Source: Nemertoderma westbladi (lineage: Eukaryota; Animalia; Xenacoelomorpha). Taken from it: a stretch of 64,000 nucleotides of DNA. Within the stretch, counting starts at the first letter, position 1, and each line of letters starts with the position of its first letter. The stretch covers positions 1-64,000 of the forward strand of contig JAUCBJ010006790.1 of NCBI GenBank assembly GCA_032718475.1, written 5' to 3'. A program made the translations under genes and the position numbers. Positions 49,183-61,519 of the stretch are shown piece after piece. The notes beneath the pieces were generated by a model. That model was given only the letters and a program-made list of their open reading frames with translations. It was not told where the DNA came from and did no database searches.

Positions 49183-50736
49183 TTAGTCCTTCTTACGTGA
49201 ACGGCATTTATGCAGTTTTTTGAGGCTAGCAAGAGTCCTTTTCTCTTTGGAGCGAGCCACTTTACTAGGAGGGCTATAACTCCTGGGTGAAGGGTGCAAT
49301 ACAATTGCATCAGAAGGTTTAGGGTTACGGTCGGTGTATCCGCTGGTCGAGCTACCCGGTTGATCGATATCAACCTCAGTGGAACGAGGTCGAACAACCT
49401 TCAGAGCGCGTTTCAAGACAGCAGCTCTTACTGGTCCCTGACGAGTCGTCTGCACGAGAGTGGTAGGTGGACCGTGAGTAGTGAGAAATTTCCTCGGTTT
49501 GATGGTTCTTTCCAACTCGCGTTCTCGGGCTCTATCGGAATCGATATGCTTCTCCTCGAACTGATTTTCCTCCGCTTGTCGTTGAAAGCATTCATCCAAA
49601 ACTCTTGCAGAGAGTAGGGTCGTCCAAGTTCGATATCTTCTTAGAGATTCTGGATTTCCCGATCGAACTGAGATAAAGCTAATTCGTTTACCGCTTGGAC
49701 TTGCTGCTGCAATTTACGTTTCTCTAAACAATCGTAAGTTCCTTTTCCGATCTTTTGTCGAATAGTGTCTAACGCGTTTCGTACAACTCTCTCCTCCACC
49801 TCGGTGACAGGTTGTATAGGATTAAACCGGGACGATTATACAGGTTGAACAGCGATATTAAATGTCTGCGTCCCAATCCGGCTAGGTAGGATGGGCGAAT
49901 ATCTAGGGAGCCCACAACCGGAGTGCCACCGACTAATTGTTCGGGTAACACTAGATCTTTGAACAATGAGTACAGTTCAGGAGGATCCGTCATACTATTA
50001 GGATCAAGAGTCTGAGGTCTCACCAGGGAATGAGGAGGTCTGACCGAGTATTCCGGAACTCGGATCATCGGTTTATTTAAGGATCGTTTGAGTCGAGCGA
50101 GCGCGGGTGATACGTCGAACAAGTTTCGCTCGAAACTCCCGTAAGTATAACGAGTAAAACTGTGTTTAACGCAACGTCTCCGCGGAGGTTTATGTCTTTC
50201 CATTTGTTGGTTGGGTCTAGGGCATTCGTCGCAATAATACCAAAGACGCACGTCTTGTAGGGGAAACGCGGGTGATCTTTCTCCAGTTTTACAATGTTTC
50301 TCTCAAGAATTCCAAATATACGTTGAAGTCACTGCGCTTATCTGGTTCTTCAACGTCTTCTCTTTCGAGTCGGTTTCGAATATAATTTTTCGTGTTCGAT
50401 TCTCAGTTTTTCGTTCCGACTCCGCTGGGTATGATATTTAAATAGGATCATTTCCCTTTCGGTGTCTACATCGTCCGTATCGTGTAAATCGACAGGATGA
50501 CCAGTAGTTAAGAAGTCCATATACGTACCATTACGATGCATATAGCGAGTGGTGAATTTTCTATAGTCCAATTCACGCGTGAGTTGTTCCTTTGACATTG
50601 GCGGTTCGATATAACGGCCATCATCCTCCGTAGTGGGTTGACTAGCGTCGCCGCGTATTAAACTATCAACAAACGCTTGCAATGGTAGGGTATATCGCTC
50701 CCTGATACCAAGATCATCTTCTATCAACTCAGTCAT
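49183..50736 (-). other. Three successive unassigned ORFs (128, 160, 138 aa) in the 3' accessory position of A2
   Basis: Same strand as gag, between the AT-rich spacer and the PPT; protein-like composition; one carries CDEC...C..H. Confidence 0.4.
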
Positions 50737-52373
50737 AGCTGCTATATGAGTTTATCGATATTATAATTAATAATAATTTAGGCTAGCGGTTGTCGCTGCC
50801 TCCCCCTCAATGCCCCCGGACAGCGCAAGCTCCTCAGCGCTGATGTACTGTCGCCGCTGTGTCTCTCGCCAACGTAGTAGCTACACAACACCAACAACAA
50901 CCAGCGCGAGTCACTCCACTGTCCGTCCCAAGGGCTTAGAATTACTTCAGGTTCTTGCTACAGAGGTAGGGCAACTTTCACAACTGCGACTCGCTACTGT
51001 AAACACACTTTAGTAGTAACATTCACCTATAAATGCACAAATTCCACACAACTGTCACAAATTGTACACATTCGGGCCATTTGTCCATTAGTCAAGTGCC
51101 TTCCAGAATGCCACGTTATTATTATGTATCCCTGGATACTAGCAGTGTGCTATTTATTTCGTATGCTATTCAGTGGGGCAAGCTTTCTGTTGTTCTTTTA
51201 ACTCGCTTCTAATTCTAGCGTGGTTGTTGCTATGGTGACGTTATGGAAAGCTAGCAGTAGAATTAGGGTAATTCTCATGCATACAGATCTGGGATGCTAT
51301 TTAATAGTAATTCTTTAATTGTCAATATTCCCCTTTATACATGATTTTATGAATTTTATCGGCTATTGACTATATATTGGAGATTCTCTCGCACTAATAT
51401 ATTTAATAGGGTGAATCTCCGCTCCCATGATCTATTAATTAATGGAATTTTGGGAATGTTATAAATTGTATAAAATGACAATTTATCAAATTCATGAGAG
51501 GATATGAATTTAAATTTATTCCCGTAAATTTTATTATTTAATATTAAAATAGACACAATTTTATTCCAGAGCATGTCTGGGAACTAGGATCCTTAATTCT
51601 AGGAAATTTGTCTTTTTAAGAGTATCGGTAAGTGCTACGATATCTTAATCGACCAGAATTTTAAAGGATCTGAATTTTAACAGATTTTGGATTTCTAGAT
51701 TTTCTTGGTTTACAAACTCCTTAGAGTTTATTTATATGCATTTACTCTATTATAACATTTGTTTTAATAGATTTTTATAAATATTAAATAATTAATATTT
51801 AAGATGGGCACCGAATTATTCCAGAACTTGTCTGGGGACGTTAACCACTGATTCTAGAATTTTGTCTTTCAAGTATATCGGTGGGTGCCGCAATATCTTA
51901 ATCGACTAGAATTACAGATGGTCAAAGGGTTTAACAGATTTATTTTGCGTTTTACGCTAATGTTAAAGGGACATCACACTACTATATGTATTATTTAATA
52001 TACGTTATGAGAGCAATATTGCAAGGAGCAATGTCAGTGAGAAGAGGCAAGTCGTTTCCAAGGTCTACCCAGAGCTTGGTTTAGCCGAGACACGAGGATC
52101 TGAACTTTGCATTCCTAATACTTATTATATATATACTTATTATACTAATAATTATTTCTCGCCATTGCACTAAATATATAATGTTAAGTAATTAAGTAAT
52201 AAACACGAATATATATATTGCACTAATCTACTAAATAATCGCTAAAATAATATTCTACTAAATAAAATTAAAGAAAACGATTATAATAAAATTACGTAAT
52301 AATACATACATAAATATAAAAATAATAAAAACAAATATAAAATAATATAGTCACACACCCACTCCAGGCGCTG

Positions 52374-53929
52374 TCACGTTGAGGAGTCCCTAGATGTTTG
52401 TTGGATTAAGGAGGTGGTCGTGGGAAGAGTATCTTGCCTTCCACAGTCTACGGACAGTTCTCGGTCTCTTTCCAGTAAACATAAACGACCAACTGGGCGA
52501 TTGAGTTGTTGTGTTTCGAATACAATTCCAGGTTTCTTCTTCGTCCTAGAATAGTGATGATGGAAACACCAAGTCCGGCTTTTGGTGAGGAGATCAATTG
52601 TATTTTCCTCATCGTATGGCTGGTTAATATCGTCGTTATCTGAGGAGTATGGTGTTCCCTCAGTTGTGGTCTCTCCCTCACTGATTTCTTCTTCCCATTC
52701 ACTCACCTGATGTACCTTTTCGTTAGGTAGTCTTTCCATGAGTGTTCTACGGGAAGGTCCAGCGAAGTACCAACCTACTCTCGTTCTTCCCGCATATGTT
52801 TGTAATGGTTGCGGTCGAGCAGGCCGTTTTTCTAATGTCTCTAGCGCCTCATGCGCATTTTGGCCGATCAATATCTGTACCCCTGGGTAGTCGGTGTTGA
52901 ATCTAGGGATATCATGCTGCTGGGTAAAATGGTCTTCATCCCAGTTGTAAGGTTCCACTTGGCTGGTAGCAAAGTTCTTTATCGCCACCATTTTTACTGA
53001 CCTTATACTATGTTCGCCTAGTTCATCCTGGGGAGTGGACAACGCGCCTACATAGTAGTCTGTAGCTACTGTGGATTTCCAAACCTGCATAATTCCTGAA
53101 AGGTTCAACTTAGTTCGGAACTTGGGTTGTCCAGCAAAGATGTCTTCGGCTAGTTCTTTGTCGATGAATGTACCTGTGCTGCCGGAGTCAAGGAGGGCGT
53201 TTACTATTAAACTTTTCCCTAGCCCGTGGACTCTCAGCTGCACTACAGGGAATTCCCGGAGTCCGACGTTGGAAGCCGGCGCTTTCCAAGATGGTTGCTG
53301 GTCCGGACTAGTCAGTTGTGCTTCCTTATCGGTATCAGTCTCATACGTAAGTGCTCGATACACTGCAGTGTTTATCATATGACAGGATTCGTTTTCGTCA
53401 GAGAATTCGTCCGTGTAGAATCCTTCCATCTCAGAGCTGTGGTCAGTGTCGTTCACATCACTGAATTGGACATGTAGTTCGGGCTCACTTACCTGACTCG
53501 TGCGGGTTCTTTCAAATTCTGTGTGCAGCAAGATATGATGTTTCGCGCCGCACTTAGCACACCTCGCACCTGAATAACAGGTCCGCCGTTGGTGTCCTTG
53601 TCTGAGACAATTATAACACAACCGCTTATCCCACATGACATTACGTCTATCCTTTAGGGATTTCTTCAAGAATTCATCACATCCACTTAAACGATGGGGC
53701 CCGTCGCACAATGCACATTTGGGTTTGATGTTACTTACTTTAACTTGTGTTGTGTTGTGCACCCTTGTTCTTTCTTTGGGCTTTCTTCCATGAATTCTCT
53801 TAGGAGACGTAGGAGGAGTTGTTACCTGTTCTCTCCTGTCACTGGTTATATATTCTATCTTCTGTTCTCTCCTGTCACTGGTTCGAGACTTAGATTTACT
53901 TACGTCTTTCCTCGGTTTATTGACATAAT
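52374..53929 (-). pseudogene. A2 gag C-terminus (3 Zn knuckles) and aspartic protease
   Basis: CALCDGPHRLSGC, CYNCLRQGHQRRTC, CAKCGAKHHILLH; ALLDSGS; ILIG; RTRVGW. Confidence 0.88.
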
Positions 53930-54179
53930 TAAATAAATTGGAGATCACCTTTAATTACAGTTGCAACAGCTCATCTCCAATTTATTTAATTAATATCACC
54001 TGGCAGCAATACTCGAGCTGAATATTTATTTATTTGTACTTCCCTCCTGTTTCACTCTAGCATACTTGAGGCCGTTAGGTCCACTGTTAGAGATAGAATA
54101 TATGCAACTTAAGACTGCCCGTTCAATAGAAGTGGATTAGGTGGGACTGTGAGTGTCAGGGGCTAGTGGCTGAGCTGGT

Positions 54180-54227
54180 TAGCGCTACTGATGAGGCCTG
54201 TTAGGCCGAAACGTACGTATAGCGCTG
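54180..54227 (+). ncRNA. Type I minimal hammerhead ribozyme, copy 1
   Basis: Stem I UAGCGCUA/UAGCGCUG, CUGAUGA, stem II GGCCU-GUU-AGGCC, GAAA, short palindromic stem III ACGUACGU; predicted cleavage after GUA at 54219. Confidence 0.92.
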
Positions 54228-54520
54228 GTTCAACCCCCGGTGACGCGCTCTCATTTTTTCCACTTCTGAACAAACCCATTATATTACACCTTTAATTACA
54301 GTTGCAACAGCTCATCTCCAATTTATTTAATTAATATCACCTGGCAGCAATACTCGAGCTGAATATTTATTTATTTGTACTTCCCTCCTGTTTCACTCTA
54401 GCATACTTGAGGCCGTTAGGTCCGCTGTTAGAGATAGAATATATGCAACTTAAGACAGCCCATTCAATAGAAGTGGATTAGGTGGGACTGTGAGTGTCAG
54501 GGGCTAGTGGCTGAGCTGGT

Positions 54521-54568
54521 TAGCGCTACTGATGAGGCCTGTTAGGCCGAAACGTACGTATAGCGCTG
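54521..54568 (+). ncRNA. Type I hammerhead ribozyme, copy 2
   Basis: Identical core to copy 1; predicted cleavage after 54560. Confidence 0.92.
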
Positions 54569-54860
54569 GTTCAACCCCGGTGACGCGCTCTCATTTTTTC
54601 CACTTCTGAACAAACCCATTATATTACACCTTTAATTACAGTTGCAACAGCTCATCTCCCATTTATTTAATTAATATCACCTGGCAGCAATACTCGAGCT
54701 GAATATTTATTTATTTGTACTTCCCTCCTGTTTCACTCTAGCATACTTGAGGCCGTTAGGTCCGCTGTTAGAGATAGAATATATGCAACTTAAGACTGCC
54801 CGTTCAATAGAAGTGGATTAGGTGGGACTGTGAGTGTCAGGGGCTAGTGGCTGAGCTGGT

Positions 54861-54908
54861 TTGCGCTACTGATGAGGCCTGTTAGGCCGAAACGTACGTA
54901 TAGCGCTG
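54861..54908 (+). ncRNA. Type I hammerhead ribozyme, copy 3
   Basis: Intact core; one stem I mismatch (TTGCGCTA); predicted cleavage after 54900. Confidence 0.88.
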
Positions 54909-55201
54909 GTTCAACCCCCGGTGACGCGCTCTCATTTTTTCCACTTCTGAACAAACCCATTATATTACACCTTTAATTACAGTTGCAACAGCTCATCTCC
55001 AATTTATTTAATTAATATCACCTGGCAGCAATACTCGAGCTGAATATTTATTTATTTGTACTTCCCTCCTGTTTCACTCTAGCATACTTGAGGCCGTTAG
55101 GTCCGCTGTTAGAGATAGAATATATGCAACTTAAGACTGCCTGTTCAATAGAAGTGGATTAGGTGGGACTGTGAGTGTCAGGGGCTAGTGGCTGAGCTGG
55201 T

Positions 55202-55249
55202 TAGCGCTACTGATGAGGCCTGTTAGGCCGTAACGTACGTATAGCGCTG
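55202..55249 (+). ncRNA. Hammerhead ribozyme, copy 4 (probably inactive)
   Basis: Core GAAA mutated to GTAA at 55230-55233. Confidence 0.75.
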
Positions 55250-55309
55250 GTTCAACCCCCGGTGACGCGCTCTCTACTATTCTTCTGAACAAACCCATTA
55301 TATTACACC

Positions 55310-57374
55310 TATTGACATAATAAGATCTTTCGGTGTCCTTACTGCTGTTTTCATCGTAGGACGTCGTCTGACTCCCACAATCCGTATAACACACTGGTGT
55401 TACCTCTCTCCTAGTAACGGGTTTTTCACTTACCTTACTTTCAGGAGTCTTCTCTCTAGACTGTTTTAGGAGTTGTAATCTTACCTCTCTGTTTAAGAAT
55501 GATAGAAGGTCCATCATGGTTGGATCTCTATGTTGTTGGTCCATCAAATAGAGAACCTTTTTGTCCCAGCGAGTACCTACTCCATCCTTTGGCAAAGTTG
55601 ATGCTAAGGCTCCTACAACCATAGAATTCTGGTATTCATGAGACTTACCCAACCAGTCTAACTGTCTACAGATCTCCTGAATCTCGTCGGAAAACTCTAT
55701 AATCCCGCTGCTAAGAAACTTTCGGGGCGCCATTAATTTCGCATATAAATACCTAGCTATGTTAGTCCTATTACCATACCTGATGTTTAGTGTATCCCAA
55801 ACTTGTCTTAATCCATCTGGATGTCCAATAAACTTTAACGCCATTAACTTGGGAGGTCCTTCCAAGCACTCGATGAGGAATCTAAGTTTCTCTCCGTTGG
55901 ATAGTACAGAGTTCTGTATGTTATCTTTGTAATATTCATTAAAAGGTAACCATTTCATCTCATCTCCATTGAACTTGACGATCTCTCCCACCTTTACCGC
56001 TTGACTGGCTTCAGTTCTAGCCATTTGACGCGTAAAACTTTCTTGGGCCATCGTATTATTTAATATCGAGTTATCAGTATATAAATTTCTCGGATTAGGA
56101 TCAGGTCTATATGGAATATCATTATCAACAGGTTTATAATTACCCTTAATAGGGTTCACTATAGGAGTTTCTACTTCACTAGCAGTATAGATGCGTGTAG
56201 GCTCCACACCTTGCGCATGAAATACTTCAGACCTAACAGGTTGACACATTGTTACAGGGGGTGGTGGTATACCCTTTTGTATATTTACCAATTTATCGCG
56301 TTCTAACGCGATACTCTGCTGCACTTCTTGCAACTCTAACCTACCCTCTCTTACTGTTCCCTTTAACTGCTGAACAGTCCCCTCCAACTCTCGGACCTGT
56401 TGGGAGGAATGTACATGATGTTCCCCATCTGCCCGAGCAGGAGATCCATCACCCGCCGTCGCTCATCCACCCACTCTACCGCCGAAGCGGGAGCCACCAA
56501 CATAGTAGCGGGTAGACGAGGGACGACGGGCGACAAATCGTTGATGTCTTGCTCGGCGTCCAGGACCGGTATTGATTCAGGGGCTGCTCTACTGGGCACA
56601 GGTAGTTTAGTACTGTGCAAAGGGAATTTAGAGTTAAGTTCTGGAAGTACAGGGGTCTCTATTTACAGAGGGGGTGACTTCGAAAACAGGCCTAATTATT
56701 TCAGGCTCATCTACTATAGTAGGGAGTCTGTCTACTCTAATAATTTGGTCTGTGGGTTCATGATTACCTAAGTCTACACTAGCCAGTTGCCTTCTCACCG
56801 CAGGAGGTAAATTAGGTAACTTCTGACGGTGTGGCGTTCTTCTACGTCCGCTTGAACGAGATTTATTACCTCTACCTTCGGGATCTGTTGTATCACCTTC
56901 ATCGGAGGAGGCAAATCCCTGTCTTCTGGGAGTAGATCGACTCAGTAACTGCATCTGAGTAGCTGTCCTTTGTTTCTTCAAATAATCTTGTTTCGCCTGA
57001 AGGTTTTCCAGCTCTTGTTGGGTAGTCGCTTCAGGCGCCTTCCGTTCTGCTTCAGCCACTGCCGCTTTCCTTTCAGCCTCTGCTGCTGCCGCTTTTCTAT
57101 CAGCCGCTGCCGCTTTCCTTTCAGATTCTGCCGCGGCCGCTGACCTTCGGTCTTCTATTTGCCGTTTCTTTAATTGTTCCTCTTGTTCCATTGCCATGAG
57201 GATGCCATGACGGTGCTGTACTAGCCTAGGGTCTGACACTACTACTGTAGGGATGACCTTTCTTACAGTAGGATGGGACTTGGACTTCGGTCTCAGATAT
57301 TCTATACTTCTATCTGATTCACAGACTGTTCTTTCTAGGAGACTATCTGACAGTGTTTGCTTTGTGTCAGCCAT
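55310..57374 (-). pseudogene. A2 gag N-terminus and core (DUF1759-like), frameshifted twice
   Basis: KFNGDEMKWLPFNEYYKDNIQNSVLSNGEKLRFLIECLEGPP..L..RYG; upstream coiled-coil ORF 57374-56634. Confidence 0.85.
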
Positions 57375-59323
57375 GATTTATTTTACAGTTGAATGCCTAC
57401 TACTATAACGACAGTTAAAGTAAGTCTAGTAATTCAGCATCAACTGCAAGCCTAGTGATTAATTACCGATACCGTTACTCAGTGTAACGCGATATATTAA
57501 TATATTAAATACCGGTATACTTATAGTATATATATAAGTATTATTACAGACTAGGATTAGTCACAGAATACCGGTATATAATTTCAGCATAAATTTATAT
57601 AAATATATATAATAAGCCTACCGTAAATACCGGTATACACCTATAGTATATATAAGTATTATTATAGACTAGGATTAGTTACAGAATCCCGGTATATAAT
57701 TTTAGCCTAAATTTATAGAAATAAATATAATAAGCCTATCGTAAATACCGGTAATGTCAATTATTGATGATAACTGAATTTCGGAATTTTAGGGTTACTT
57801 TCCTTTACTTTATTACTGTTATTAAGCAGTAGTCCAACTGATATTAAGACCTAATTGATGTATAACAGGCCTACTATTTTATAAATCGGTTTGAGTTGAT
57901 TTATAATATATTATGTACCCGTACAAGGGTTTCTGACAATATTTGAAATAAATGTTATTATTTCTGGGTAAGGGGGTCACTACACAGAAGCTGAACGCTC
58001 TCAGTGGAGTGCTACCTGTTAGACACTAAAACGAATAATTCTACTTTACTAAGTTACTTATCACTACAAATTACTTACAATTACAGTGTGAGATTACAAT
58101 CTCTAAATAAACACCAAAAGTTACACGTACAAATTTTAGGGTAATTTTACAAGAAATCTACAAACCAGTCTAACAAGGAGTTAGAATTTCTGGTTCTTAC
58201 AAACTGACAGGAATCTACGGTATTTGAAAACAATAAAGCAGTAGTAAGTAAATTGCGTTGTCCAGATAAGAAAATACCACCGTCTGACGACTTATAGTCT
58301 TAAACTATAAGTACTACATTATGTACCCGGAGTGTCCTTACCTAGAAGTTAATTACCGCAGCCAACCAGAGCTAACATGCCTATTATACAACACAAATAT
58401 ACTGCCTACACACTAATTAGGCCTACTTTCGGAAAGCACTGTACGCTAAACCCTAAATTAGGTACAAGTACTTATACAACAAATAACCAGCAGTTAAATA
58501 TACTTGTACAGGTAAAAGAACCACGGTATCTGCTGGAGTGACCAGAGCACAAAATCACCAGTCTTTACCTACGCCAAGCAGCCCTGATGTAGTACCGGGG
58601 TTAATTTAACTATAACGGTATGTATAACAAGCACAATTACTGTAGGAATAAACTTGGGGGTTATGTAGGTTGCGAATACTCGCATAGACTCTGAATAATA
58701 AATATTACGCTACCCGTGCAGACTATACAAACAAAATACAGACCAAATGCTGGGGGACTACTGTCAAGCCTAAATAAACTACAGTATATGCAGACTCCGA
58801 AATGGTTAGTTAGTAGGCGTTCTAACTGAGTAGTACGACTTATTCTTTCGGGGGGGATTTACCTTACAACACTGGATGCCCCCACCTTCCTAACTAGTAC
58901 TTTATCGGACATACACTCTACACACACTGCAATCGCTTCAGACTTAACAACAGTCAGACAACAATCCAGCCTACAAATTATTTGTACAATTTGAGCGGGC
59001 TTACACGCCTTCTGCTCAATATTACACTTACAGATAAATAAAACTGACAGAAATAAATAAGCTCCAAAAGAAATAAGGGGTGTACAGTCCCTACTCTCTT
59101 AAACAGCCTACCAATATACAATATCACAATCGAACTAATACTGGCACCTATAAGTACTGGTTCGGGTGGTTGGGCAGTTAGGCCTACAGGTTACCGTCCG
59201 ACCGGTACATTCGAATTTATTGCCTACGTGCAATCAAGAAACAAAAATATATTATTGTTCTTACCAGAATAATAGACAAAATATTTATTGCCTACTGTGC
59301 AATCAAGAATTTAAAACTATTAA

Positions 59324-60483
59324 TGTTCGCGCTTTTAGACCTTTAGCAGTTTAACCTGCCAATTTTAGTTGTCTTTTTGTTTATAAATCGACTTTAGCCT
59401 ATATCGATTATTTAATGTACTGAAGTTACATCCGCCGAAGCCAGTCTGTGCGCGACCATTCACCCACAGTTAAGGGAGACTGGATTCGGATGCTTTGATA
59501 GTGATTGCGGTGTAGACCTACTGTATTATTCGATTGATCGTTAATATATAATCTCTGACAATATATTTACTTTTGGGGAAATATTAACAGTTCCTTTAGG
59601 ACGTGGCACTTTAAGTATAAAAACAGAGTTATGACTTATACTAATCACAACTAGATGGCTACTGAGTTTCGTAAAAAGCGCATTCTTTAGGAGATGCTTT
59701 ATTAACCTTCACACTACTTCACACTACTTCACACTGATCTGCCGACCGTCACTGAATTTGATCATATATAAGGAGGATCGCAACTGACACATGTAGGGAT
59801 TATGAAATAGCATTTAATTCACACATAAAACAACTATAATGTAAGTCGCAGTTGCTACCGGTAAACCTGTTCCTCTAACCTTCAGTAATCAAGAAGATTG
59901 GGGGGTTTTATGATTATTCATCGGTATTCTCCTAATATATCAGCAATATACATTAACATAACACCAATTAATAACAGAAGCAAATAATGCGGTGAATAGT
60001 CAGTATGTGTTACTTATGCAGTGTTCCATGAGCAGCAATGTTCAATATATGATTCGCGTGATGTGTTAATAGTTTTACGTTCTTGTAATCAAAGCCATCA
60101 GATCTTTAGGCCAAAGTCTGAAACTTCCACAATCAGAAGTACAGAAGACTTCCAAGCAGTTCTCTCGCTCAGAAAGGTAAACAAAGACCGTAATGCATTG
60201 CGCGGTTTTACATAGGCCCTTGTTCAACATAAAGTGAAAATCGCTCTGATTGGCTGAGCAGAACAAAGAGGTTCCACGTTTACAGAAAATCAGCTGACAG
60301 ATTTCGTCATCTGAGCTCCAGTCTTTTAGAGTATTAGGCGCATTGCGGCAAAAATGACTTGTTATGTCCGCTAAATCGCCTACAAGGTACATTGCGGAGA
60401 AAAATGACTTGTTATGTCGCTAAAGTACCTACACGGTACATTGCGGAGAAAAATGACTTGTTATGTCCGCAAAAGCTTTTACA
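59324..60483 (-). repeat. A2 5' LTR (1160 bp)
   Basis: On the minus strand reads TGTAAAAGCTTTT...AAAAGCGCGAACA; related to but diverged from the A1 LTR. Confidence 0.9.
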
Positions 60484-60919
60484 GTATTTTTATTAAAAAC
60501 TTAATTTCCTTTAAAGTAAACTACAGTATGTACATCTTTAGTTACTTAGTTTTTAAATCGTTTAACATATTATTGTAATCATAATTTTTTAAATATTGAA
60601 AATCAAATTGGTTTATTAATACTTATTAAATTATGCTCATTCATTTTTAATTAATGGAGGGTTTTAACCATCCGACAAACCATACTTTTGCTCACAGGTC
60701 GTTGTAAGACAAGACATTCAATATAACCCCAGTTTTCCCATCCCCTCTCTTTTTGTGGACTATTATTACTTGTACAAGCTGCGGACCTGCACGCGCCCCC
60801 CCCCCCCCCCCCCCCATTATAATGTGTTGTAGGTAGCCATCCACCCAACACATTGCATAACTCAGAATATACTCCACAGCCCTTACCCGCCCGCCCTTGC
60901 ATTCATTAGCGCCACATGG

Positions 60920-61080
60920 TGATTCAATTGTGGCTGTTTATTTTCTGATAATTGCTGTAAATTATTATAACCTAGGCGGTCTGGTTTAAATAACGGTTAC
61001 AGCTTACAAACCTATGGTATTATATGGACGTGCTGTCCTGTGTGCTCTACAGACACCCTGTACAGAGTATGTGTAGCATT

Positions 61081-61112
<32 letters not shown>

Positions 61113-61320
61113 TGTGAGGAGATTCAATTGCGGCTGTTATTTTCTGATAATCGCTGTAAATTATTATAACCTAGGCTTTAACTGGTTTAAATAACGGCTA
61201 TAGCTTACAAACCTATGGTATAATATATTGAAGTGGTGTCCTGTGTGCTCTGCAGACATCCTACAGAGCATATGGAGCATTACACACACAGAGAGCAGAG
61301 AGAGAGAGAGAGAGAGTGAG
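60920..61320. repeat. ~200-bp tandem duplication ending in (CA)n(GA)n microsatellites
   Basis: GATTCAATTG(T/C)GGCTGTT at ~60921 and ~61121. Confidence 0.7.
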
Positions 61321-61519
61321 GGCTGCTTGATTGACACACGGCTCAGTGGGAATCTAGACTTTGAAGTGCAGCGCCTTTGGTAGAACTCAATGGCAGGATT
61401 TATAAGCCTGGTACATTTCAATATTTGATCAAATATTGATCAAAGGAATGCTTTTTGAGAGCGGGACTGTAATTACTGAATTAGGTAACTATGACAGAAA
61501 AATTACTGCACGAATTAGA

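Larger units (their letters stand above)
53930..55309 (+). mobile_element. Tandem array of four ~341-bp hammerhead-containing units (retrozyme/Penelope pLTR-like) inserted in A2 gag
   Basis: Units start at 53946, 54287, 54627, 54968; 12-bp TSD TATTGACATAAT (53918-53929 / 55310-55321); short inverted segment 53930-53945; gag reads SYYVN|KPRK across the insertion. Confidence 0.9.
47266..60483 (-). mobile_element. Bel/Pao LTR element A2 (minus strand): gag-protease present, RT/RH/IN absent
   Basis: TG...CA ends, TSD GTATT (47261-47265 / 60484-60488); LTRs 47266-49104 and 59324-60483; PPT (minus) TGGGAGCGG at 49105-49113. Confidence 0.9.
46446..61469. mobile_element. Non-autonomous TIR DNA transposon (~1.8 kb when A2 is removed), TA TSD
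   Basis: TA|CAGTCCCGCTCTCAAAAAGCATTCCTTTGATCAA ... TTGATCAAAGGAATGCTTTTTGAGAGCGGGACTG|TA (34-bp perfect TIR); no transposase seen. Confidence 0.82.
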
